Positions 1 through 10,900 of a DNA stretch of 64,000 nucleotides are shown here, in pieces. The first letter of the stretch is position 1, and each line of letters opens with the position of its first letter. Below the pieces are notes generated by a model. That model was not told the origin of the DNA, did not search any database, and saw only the letters and a program-made list of their open reading frames with translations. This DNA comes from Macrostomum lignano. Its lineage: Eukaryota. The stretch is from positions 310,001-374,000 of the forward strand of contig NIVC01000839.1 of assembly GCA_002269645.1 (NCBI GenBank), given 5' to 3'. The translations under genes were made by a program, and so were the position numbers.

Positions 1-1
1 C

Positions 2-1924
2 ATTAGAATGGAGCTGTCACTCTGCCAGAGCGAGTCGGTCCAGTTGAAGCCCATCGAGCTGGGAGGCGGCTGGAGCGAAAATAGAAAGTTTGTTGTGTGG
101 AATAACGGGCATTCAAGTGAGTTCGTTGGTTTCCTGTAAAATTGCTCGGAATGTACTTAAGATCTGACAGTCGAAAGCACCTGTCAGTGCTCAAAAATCA
201 CCTGTCAGTACTCACAAAGCACCTGTCAGTGCTCACAAATCACCTGTCAGTGCTCACAAATCACCTGTCAGTGCTCACAAATCACCTGTCAGTGCTCACA
301 AATCACCTGTCAGTGCTCACAAATCACCTGTCAGTGCTCACAAATCACCTGTCAGTACTCACAAATCACCTGTCAGTGCTCACAAAACACCTGTCAGTGC
401 TCACAAATCACCTGTCAGTGCTCACAAAGCTACCTGTCAGTGCTCACAAATCACCTGTCAGTGCTCACAAAACACCTGTCAGTGCTCACAAGGCAACTCC
501 CACACCATCTACCCTCTCCACAGTCCAAGCAGACGCGGTGGACGGTGCCGACCTGACGGTGACGGGAGGCCACCTGAAAGGCACCTACAGCTGCATCCAG
601 TTCCACTTCCACTGGGGCAGCCGGGCCAACATGGAGAAGGGCATCGGCAGCGAGCATCGGCTGGTTGACGCGGCCGGCAAGGAGGTGCCGACGCCTCTGG
701 AGGTGCACATCGTGTGCAAGCGGCGGGAGCTGAGCGTCAAACAGGCTGTCAGCACCCCAGACGCCATCGCTGTGCTGGGGGGCTTCATCCAGCCCATGAA
801 GGTGAGGCCCTTGTTGTTGAATTGAGTCAACTGACGGAGCGCCATTTCATTTGAGGGGGCGCCATTTCATTTGAGGGGGCGCCATTTCATTTGTTGGGGG
901 CGCCATTTCATTTGAGGAGGCGCCAATTTTATTCGGGGGCGCCATTTCATTTGAGGGGTTCCATTTCATTTGAGGGGGTGCCATTTCATTTGAGGGGGCG
1001 CCGTTTCACTTGAGGGGGCGCCGGTATCCGGGGCTAACTATACATGCACTGCAAGGGGTGTCGCCAGTCGTCATTAAAATTCCTTCATTTCCAGCCCGCA
1101 GACAACGAGACGTTGGCTGACTATGCTATTTCCGAATTGTTGGCCAACATCACGGGACTGCTGATACCTATGAAGCGCGGACCGCACTCGGGGCGCCAGC
1201 TTCGGGATGAAGGTAATGCCTGTTGGATGAAGCTGATTGGTTAAGTGGCAGCTGAGCAGCTCAGCGCTTTTTGATGAACGACCCATGAGCAGTCCATCTC
1301 AAGCCCTCCCACTTGCCTCTGCAGATGCACCGACAGTGCAGCTGCAGCTCCGCGACCTTCTGCCCGACAACCTCCAGCGGTTCGTGAACTACGATGGAGC
1401 CTTCACCACCCCTGGCTGCAACCCGGTGGCGCAGTGGCATCTCTTCACCGACATGATGAAGATCCGCAAGGAGCTGGTGAGGGTCTCGCTTTTGAAGCTG
1501 TAGATCAGGCTAGATCAGGCTGTAGATCAGACTATAGATCAGGCTATAGATCAGGCTATAAATCAGACTTTAGATCAGGCTATAAATCAGACTGTAGATC
1601 AGGATATAGATCAGGCTATAGATCAGGCTATAGATCAGGCTATAGATCAGGCTTTAGATCAGGCTATAGATCAGGCTATAGATCAGGCTGTAGATCAGGC
1701 TATAGATCAGACTATAGATCAGGCTATAGATCAGGCTATAGATCATGTTATACATGTAGATCAGACTATAGATGAGGCTCACATCAACCCCCGCACCTCT
1801 CCAGCTGCTGCAATTCACAACGGTCTTCTTCGACAGAGCCAAAACTCACCCGATGGTGAACAATTTCCGCCCCGTGATGAGCCGGCACGGCCGAGAGATT
1901 CGCTGCAGCTTCGGCAGCAGTTAG
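2..1924 (+). CDS. Alpha-carbonic anhydrase, 5'-truncated by the window; exons ~2-116, 524-801, 1095-1212, 1325-1476, 1805-1924
   Basis: GT-AG introns join in frame: NNGHS|IQ, QFHFHWG..GSEH..PLEVH (three Zn-ligand His), YDGAFTTPGC, MVNNFRP; stop TAG 1922-1924. Confidence 0.92.
176..492. repeat. 21-bp minisatellite (CACCTGTCAGTGCTCACAAAT)n in CA intron
   Basis: Tandem units visible; explains the HLSVLTN repeat ORF. Confidence 0.95.
838..1022. repeat. ~20-bp minisatellite (GCGCCATTTCATTTGAGGGG)n in CA intron
   Basis: About 9 tandem units. Confidence 0.9.
1500..1772. repeat. 12-bp minisatellite (GATCAGGCTATA)n in last CA intron
   Basis: Tandem units; gives the RSGY repeat ORF. Confidence 0.95.
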
Positions 1925-4549
1925 AAGCGGCTGCAGATTGGGGCCTCAAAATTCAATTCCTGTGCTTCGAGGTTTTCTATTTACACTAAAATATTTCCTA
2001 ATTCAACTGTTTGCTTTCGTTAATTTTGACTGAACTACAAGTCATATTAAAATATTTAACTACTAGCACAAATCGTTTATAATATAAAATTGCGCGAAAA
2101 ATAAAAAATTTCGGTATTTATACAAAGAATAAAAAATTTTGGTTGCGCGGGTAGCTAATGTTAATTTTGTGGATTCAACAAACATATAGCTTTGATTTTT
2201 CATGTACGCATGCAATGCGCATATCATGGATGTAAAATATGAAAGCTTCGGAAGAGAAATCATACAAGAAAATAGCTGCATGCATGTACGATCATTCAAA
2301 AAGAATAGGGAACTCGATTCTATAATTTGTTGATCAATGCTAAGGCACTGCATAAACGTATCGACTTTTTTGGATCTGAAAACAGAAAAAATATTGATTT
2401 TGTTAATCTGTGGTCCCTACTTTACTGACCCATTTTTAAGAAGCACGGCCGCCTCACGGAAGGTTGTTGACAAATAGTAAGAAAGATGTGTAGCCTGCAC
2501 TTCAATCAATGCTTACGTTAGTGTACCGGCTCTTCAAGACACTATACTTAGTGCGTATTATTTTTTAGAGGACTGAAGCAAACGGCGTCCTGTTGTTAAC
2601 GATCAGGGTGCCTACTAGCAGGGCAGGTACATAAGAGCGCGGATCAGTCCTCCTGTTTTGTACTAAAGGAAGTGAGTAGAATGTATACATGTAGCAATAA
2701 AAACAACCAGCAGAATCAAACGTACATGGACTATATATACTGTATTAAGTACGAGCAACGCGAAGGAAGCATCCTATTAAAGGCATTACGAGTTTTCACG
2801 AGTTTCACACGTAACAAACTCGTAAACACATCGGACACTTTTTCACGTGTTTTTCACGAGTTTTTTTCACGAGTAAATCACGTAATTTTCACGTAAAATC
2901 ACGTACGTAATTTTGTCAAGCGGGCTGGTGGGTCCTCGAGGAGCATAAACTCCGCGGCCACCTGAACCTTGGAACCGCCATTTTCATAGCACAAAGCTTG
3001 GGTTGCATCACAAAGATAGCAGTAACTAGCAATCTAGTGCCCCCCTTCGGGGCGCGCAATAAGCAAGGATCCATTAATCAGGGTCCACAAGTTGGGCTGC
3101 AGCTGTGAGAGATCAATTGCGTCACGCACAGCTCCACAAACAGGTAGGTGAGAGCAAAATATGCGCCCGTGCCACCGAAAACGTACTACATCTCCAAAGC
3201 CTATTGGATCCCGAATTCCCGGTGGGCTACACTTGGCAGGGTTCCTGGAGCAAGAGGCGTGATCAGGTGGTCCGTTAACACGTACGGTAAGTCTGAACTA
3301 AAATATCAGAATCAGGGTTTTTAGCTTTTTAAGTTGAAAACAGTGTCGAATAGCATAACTATACTACCTCTTTTAATCATTTCTAGCTAGTACACGCAAA
3401 GTTCTAGAAGATTCTTTATATTATTTTGTTTCACCCTTTTGATTTCTAATAAAATTCAGCAGCCAGTTTGAACTCACTAAATTCTTTTCAAAATTTATGT
3501 TCGCTTTTAAAAATTAAATATTGCTCAAAGCAAAGCTCATCTATAGACTATATATATAATATATCCCATAGGCATAGACATATAGGCTTTTCATATGACC
3601 GATTCCAGAACCAGAATCTGTTACGTTCCGTTCCGTTGTCTGTTCCGTTTTCAGAATCGGTTCCAGAACCGTGATCCGATTCTGGAATTTGGATCGAGAA
3701 ATTTTCTCGATCCGTTGTCATGTTTACACTTTAACAGTAAAATATATTTGAAATCGTCAATTTTTTATTATTGGTATATAATTATTTTGTTTTTTTTGTC
3801 ATATCCTAGAGGAAACAAAGTCAAGCAAGGATAGGCATCATAGGCCTAGACAAAATTAAATTGTAAGTAAAGACTGACAAACATAAAATGGCTTCGAAGC
3901 TTTTCATTTTCCTAGGGGCCTTCCAATTCTCGTTCTAGAACCGATATTCGTGAAAAGCCGAATAGGCCATATATTATACGTATATACCTGTATCTTAATC
4001 TTACCTTATCTCAATATTTACCATGACCATGTGATCGACATTGTTGTAGACCTATGAGTAAAATGATGACACCTTTCTTTCAAGGTGTCTACTTGACCTA
4101 TCTAGTCAAGTCAAGTTACTCAACTTACTCATAGGCCTATAATAAAAAGTTATAGTAATTTTAGTGTCATTTTTGATCATTGCATACATAATAGAATGCC
4201 ATTTTCCCATCCATGACCATGGGCATAAAGCATTGCGATCATTTTTGCAAAAGTTCCTATTTTCCAAGGTCTGGATCATTAGTAGTAGGCCTAAATGCAA
4301 AACAAAAACCCTAACTTGGCAAAAGCCTAAATGTATGCCAGTATACACTAGGCCTATATACCAAAAATATAAATTTTTCCTAATTATATTAGTAAAATAG
4401 GCTATGTAGCGAAATTTATCCAAACTTTGTTTATTTTTGTTAAATGCCAAGAAAAAAGTAGCATGATTTGGCCTTAGGCCCCAATAAAGAATTTGTAGGT
4501 ATATGTCAATATGCATATGCCAACTTTTAATAATCAACATTGTTTTAAT

Positions 4550-4944
4550 TAGGGGTTGGACGTGATCACGATTTCGTAAATTCATGACCATTTTTTCATG
4601 ATTGTTATTTTTTTGACACCTGTTTACGATAGTCGTGAATTTCCACTTTATTACATTTTTATTAGAAGTATAACTTTTCTACTTGGTTTACCAAAATATG
4701 TGAACACAAATGTGTAAAAGAGTAATAAATTTTAAATTTGTTGACTTGACAGCATTACCAAGTAGCTATTATCAATTTATAAATATTTCTTATCTTGTTT
4801 TGTTATTTTCAACACTTGTAACTTACGAGCTCAAAATACGTGTATGCAAATATAAATTCACGATCACAATCACGATCACGCCTGACTTTAAAAATTTCAC
4901 AAAATTTCATGCCCAACCAAAATTTTATACTTGTCCGACCTCTA
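4550..4944. mobile_element. hAT-like MITE (~395 bp)
   Basis: Imperfect TIR TAGGGGTTGGAC / GTCCGACCTCTA; exact 8-bp TSD GTTTTAAT at 4542-4549 and 4945-4952; subterminal CACGAT repeats. Confidence 0.8.
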
Positions 4945-5167
4945 GTTTTAATGCATAGAATAGATACAATGAGTACCAATCATTTCAATGACAAGTTATT
5001 TTGGTGACAAACATTTCAGTGACAAATAGTCATTTGGTAACAAGTTGCTATTGTAATAGATAGACCTCATTTTTATGAAAAATTAATGATTTCATTCACG
5101 ATTATTATCATTTTAATGATAAAAGGTACTTAGACCTAGCTTGTAGTTATTTTGTTAAGATTTATGT

Positions 5168-5200
<33 letters not shown>

Positions 5201-6151
5201 ATTTCATTGAAAGATTGCTATACATGTGTTTAAGAAAAGAAATCAAATGTTTCTTCTTGTCCAGTCTAGATTGTTTTGAATTGTCCTAGAGTATTCAGAC
5301 ACAAACTGTAAACTTATATAAAAAATCCTCATGAAATTCCAACTATGAGAAAAGCAAAGAAAAAGCCAAAGATATTCACTAGATGCTGCATGTTTAGATT
5401 GGAAAACAATTTAAAAGACCACAACTCTAATTGTAAATAAACAAAATTAATTAAAGCAATACTTAACTGTTTCAAAAAATTATAAAACTTTAAGTTCAAT
5501 ATCCTTTAAGATTTGCAAGGTAATTTTCTATTTAAAAACAGTGGCTATCACTAAAAGGATATTTTTCTTATCACTGAAAAGACTTACCAAAATGTCTAAT
5601 TACCTAAATGACTTTAATCTGATACAATTATATATTAGCAAGTAGTTTTTTGCATTGGAAATAATATGGCTATCAGTAGGCCTATTATATTAGAAAGCAT
5701 CATTTTAAAGTTTAAATAATGCTTTTGCAAAAGAAAAGCAAATAGATTGCAAATTTTGCTAGCCCTTATTTAAAGAGATATATATTTTTTCATTTTTTTT
5801 TATTTATATTAAAAAGAAACTACCTACTATTATATTTGATAGGCCTACCTTTTGTTATATTCCTTTAAATTTATTATGGTTTCAGTTTTCTAGAAGCATC
5901 TATTCTCCTCATTTTTTGTTTAATTCTACAAAGTTAGGACAAAATATAAAAACTTTGAATAAGTAATTTTTTATATTTGCATGATTTAAAGAAATAGGCC
6001 TAGGCCCTCATTAGAAAGTAGCATTTGTCTGCTTTTTAGTTTATATTGTGGCTTTTTAATATTATTTCTTGTTTGTATTTTATTGAGTTTTTTAAGCTAA
6101 TACTATTTCTAATACTGTTTTCACATTCTTAATTCTTTTACCTTGCATATA

Positions 6152-7139
6152 CAAGGGGTGTCCAAAAAGTAGTGATACTTTTAACCGTAGCTCTTGTTAT
6201 ATAGCTTCCTGTGATTTAAAATTTTATGAACTAATAGCGGAAAATCTCTTCTACAGACTGCTTTTTGAATTTTTAAAATTGATCCCAGAGAACAAAAGTT
6301 ATACCCATGAAAGTAACAGTACCTGTACCATAGAGTTACACAGATTATAGGCTGAGCTTCACGAGATCCATGCCGAGTAAGCTTCGATGAATTGTTGATT
6401 TCGGCTTGTCCAACCTGTCAGCGATCTCTCTAATGGTCATTCGGGAGTCCTCGTCAAGAAGATTCAGAATGGAGTCCGCCAGTACATCAGGTCGATGAAC
6501 GTATGGCCGCCCCGTCCAATGCTGATCTGCCAAGTCAGTCCTTCCCTTGCTGAACTGCTCCATCCATCGATAAACTCATGTCATTTTGCTGACTGCAGAG
6601 AATCCGTGCGCAGAGCAAAGTTTTGCGTGAATTTCTGAGGCACTATGGCCAGCACCCCAAAGAGTGAAGATAGTACTTTGCTGAGCAACAACTGAGTGCA
6701 CATCCATGTGTGTTATCGAGTATGGGCAATGAAATCAATTGCAAAATGCAAGCTCCTCTGTTTGCAAGTAAAGTAATGAATTTAATGCTTTATTTTTCTG
6801 CGCATGATTCTGTCCATAGACAAATTTCAGTCAGTCGCAGTGAGCATCATTTTGCAATTGGGCTTTGGTATTGCTTAAACAAGACATTTATCGATGCCTT
6901 CTTAATGAATGAGTGCAGAAGTCGACTATCATAAATTTTGATATAATCTGTGTAACTCTATGGTACAGGTACTGTTACTTTCGTGGGTATAACTTTTGTT
7001 CTCTGGTATCAATTTTAAAAATTCAAAAAGCAGTCTGTAGAAGAGATTTGCCGCTATCAGTTCATAAAATTTTAAATCACAGGAAGCTATATAACAAGAG
7101 CTACGGTTAAAAGTATCACTACTTTTTGGACACCCCTCG
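6152..7139 (-). mobile_element. Internally deleted mariner-like element with ~198-bp terminal inverted repeats
   Basis: TA flanks; near-perfect IRs 6152-6349 and 6942-7139; minus-strand N-terminal HTH transposase remnant (~6707-6345, GRP..DSRMTIREIADRL) with an in-frame stop and no catalytic domain. Confidence 0.88.
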
Positions 7140-7975
7140 TAACTTATAAGACTTGTTATAATAAGCCTATGCCAATATAATACAAAATTAGCCAGTTTTA
7201 ACCTAATATGATAGTGAAGAGAAAGTAAAAGAAAATAAAAAGATATTTTTAAGCACCTAAGAGATATAAAGAGGGGCAGAGGTCAGAGGCTAAAGTTTGC
7301 CAATATATATATTAAATAGGCCTACTTTAGATAGATATTGCCCATCATTTCATGTGGCACCCCAACCAACAATATCAATGCTTGCTTCAAATATGTGAAT
7401 CTAGGGCTATCAGCTAAAAAGCTTATGAAATTTCTACAGTCTCTTGCAAATTGGTAATGGTTAACTAGAGATCAATCCTAAGAATAGGCTTTTGTCAGTT
7501 GCTACTATTAGAGCTAAAGGCTAATGCTTACCTAAAACTATCACATGGATTTTCTAATATCAACTGGCTATTAGAGAGACAGCCATTTTGTCTCCCAATA
7601 AATGTTTTCATTAGAAAGACTATAGAATATTATTATAAAGGTATAGAAATTTGAATTTAATACTAAAAGAACTAGAATTATCATGTCTATATTTAAATGT
7701 TTAACAACTTTCTCTGAAAAAATATTATATTTAATATCTTGGTCTTAATTTTGGTGCCATTTTTATCCTATTTTGAAACCCTGAAGTTAAATGGTCTTCA
7801 AATTCAGGATGCCAAAATTAAAATATTAATTCATCATAATATTCTAACACAAAAATCTAAACTTCTTGCATGCTTTTTTATATCATAAATTTGGCGCAAT
7901 TGTACTACTAAGCAAGTAGTAGTTAGTAGTTTTTAATAAGGGTGATTCTCTAGACCACACTAAGGCCAACTTAAG

Positions 7976-10900
7976 ATGGACTCGAACAGAAGCAGCAACA
8001 TCAGTAACAGTGGTTGTCCAACTGCATTAGCTAATCATCTACAGTCGCATTCATTTGCACCTACTAATAGTAGTGTCGTTAGTAGTAGCAATAGCAGTAG
8101 CAATAGCGGCAGTAGTCACGCAGCTGAAATGCTTAGCAAAATGAACGAACTGCGCAAGCGTGACTGTCTGTGCGACGTTGACCTGCTAGTTGAAGACGAA
8201 GTCTTTCCCGCTCATAGGATTGTGCTGGCCTCGTGCTCGGATTACTTCTGCGCCATGTTTACTGGAGGGGTGAGTCTGTGTCAGATATGCTGGCTGACAG
8301 TAGCGTCTGTGTCAGATATGCTCACTGACAATAGGAGTCTGTCAGATATGCTCACTGACAGTAGCGTCTGTGTCAGATATGATGGCTGACAGTAGCGTCT
8401 GTGTCAGATATGCTCACTGACAGTAAGAGTCTGTCAGATATGCTCACTGACAGTAGGAGTCTGTGTCAGATATGCTCACTGACAGTAAAAGTCTGTCAGA
8501 TATGCTCACTGACAGTAAGAGTCTGTCAGATATGCTCACTGACAATAAGAGTCTGTGTCAGATATGCTCACTGACAGTAGGAGTCTGTGTCAGATATGCT
8601 CACTGACAGTAAGAGTCTGTGTCAGATATGCTCACTGACAGTAGGAGTCTGTGTCAGATATGCTTACTGACAGTAAGAGTCTGTGTCAGATATGCTTGCT
8701 GACAGTAAGAGTCTGTGTCAGATATGCTTGCTGACAGTAAGAGTCTGTGTCAGATATGCTCACTGACAGTAGGAGTCTGTGTCAGATATGCTTACTGACA
8801 GTAAGAGTCTGTGTCAGATATGCTTGCTGACAGTAAGAGTCTGTGTCAGATATGCTCACTGACAGTAGGAGTCTGTGTCAGATATGCTTACTGACAGTAA
8901 GAGTCTGTGTCAGATATGCTTGCTGACAGTAAGAGTCTGTGTCAGATATGCTCACTGACAGTAGGAGTCTGTGTCAGATATGCTTACTGACAGTAAGAGT
9001 CTGTGTCAGATATGCTCACGGACAGTAGGAGGGAAATATAGGGGCCTGTGCCAGATGCTTACAGTATGAATCAGTCAGCGATCTCAATCAGAAATGTCCC
9101 AGTATTATAATAGGCTTTCTAATCCAGACTTTCACTTTCAATCCATGTCCCGCAGATGGAGGAAAGCGACAAGTCTTCAGTTGAAATTAAAGGTGTCAAA
9201 GCTGACGTAATGAGCGAATTATTGAATTTTGTTTATACGGAGTCTGTTGCGGTGTGCATGGACAACGTACAAGACTTGCTACCGGCCGCCTCGCTGCTGC
9301 AATTAGAAGGTATGTATAGAAATTTCCTTAAAAGCTTTTATATATAATTAGCTGACGAAGCATAAATATTCATGGTTACTCAAACCGTTTACCTTTTCTT
9401 AAACTCAAAAAGGCGTTACCGCAGCCTGTTGCGAGTTTCTTAAAAGCGAACTGCACCCATCGAACGTGTTGGGCGTCACTAGATTTGCCGAATTGCACAG
9501 CTGTCATCAGCTGCAACAAGCTGCTCAGTTGTTCAGCTCCAGACATTTCGAAGATGTCATTAAGGAGGAAGAATTCTGGTCCATTAGCTGCCAGGAGCTG
9601 CTGGAGCTGGTTAAGCGCGAGGACCTGCAGGTGAGGAGAATCGGTCACCTTGTAGTGTAGATTTCTGAGAAATAAATAACTAAGTACTTATAGTACTTCT
9701 TTAGTACTTATATTAGTCTGATAGTGTCTATATGCTAATATGTTATATGAGCTAGTGTCTGTTATCTATGAGCTAGTGTCTGTTGTCTATGAGCTAGTGT
9801 CTGTTGTCTATGTGCTAGTGTCTGTTGTCCATGAGCTAGTGTCTGTTATCTATGTGCTAGTGTCTGTTGTTCATGAGCTAGTGTCTGTTATCTATGTGCT
9901 AGTGTCTGTTGTCTATAAGCTACTGTCTGTGAGCTAGTGTCTGTTATCTATGTGCTAGTGTCTGTTGTCTATAAGCTACTGTCTGTGAGCTAGTGTCTGT
10001 TATCTATGTGCTAGTGTCTGTTGTCTATAAGCTACTGTCTGTGAGCTAGTGTCTGTTATCTATGTGCTAGTGTCTGTTGTCTATAAGCTACTGTCTGTGA
10101 GCTAGTGTCTGTTATCTATGTGCTAGTGTCTGTTGTCTATAAGCTACTGTCTGTGAGCTAGTGTCTGCTATCTATGTGCTAGTGTCTGTTGTCTATAAGC
10201 TACTGTCTGTGAGCTAGTGTCTGCTATCTATGTGCTAGTGTCTGTTGTCTATAAGCTACTGTCTGTGAGCTAGTGTCTGTTATCTATGTGCTAGTGTCTG
10301 TTGTCTATAAGCTACTGTCTGTGAGCTAGTGTCTGTTATCTACTCGTATGTGCTAGTGTCTGTTGTCTATGAGCTAGTGTCTGTGAGCTAGTGTCTGCTA
10401 TCTATGTGCTAGTGTCTGTTGTCTATGAGCTAGTGTCTGTTATCTATGTGCTAGTGTCTGTTGTCTATGAGCTAGTGTCTGTTATCTATGTGCTAGTGTC
10501 TGTTGTCTATAAGCAAGTGTTTATTGTCTATAAGCAAGTGTCTGTTGTCTATGAGCTAGTGTCTGTTGTCTATGAGCTAGTGTCTGTTGTCTATAAGCAA
10601 GTGTCTGTTGTCTATGAGCTAGTGTCTGTTGTCTATAAGCAAGTGTCTGTTGTCTATGAGCTAGTGTCTGTTGTCTATGAGCTAGTGTCTGTTGTCTATG
10701 AGCTAGTGTCTGTTGTCTATGAGCTAGTGTCTGTTGTCTATGAGCTAGTGTCTGTTGTCTATGAGCTAGTGTCCGTTATCTATCTGCATTCTGCAAGTGT
10801 CTGTTGTCTATAAACAAGTGTCTTTCATCTATGAACTAGCTATATACCTGAGCTAGATCCTTACCTTGAAGTTATCAACTCAAACTAACCATTTAGGTTG

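Noticed and set aside
142-523. Repeat-encoded N-terminal extension of carbonic anhydrase
   Set aside because: A GTGAGT donor at 117 and a CAG acceptor at 523 remove it and restore NNGHSIQ.
3034-3060. Helitron 3' end (GC hairpin next to CTAG on the minus strand)
   Set aside because: The hairpin is short, the base after CTAG is not the expected T, and I found no matching 5' TC end.
3598-3715. Local palindromes (GGATCGAGAAA-T-TTTCTCGATCC and GATTCCAGAA repeats)
   Set aside because: No TIR/TSD pair or second copy was found, so no element can be defined.
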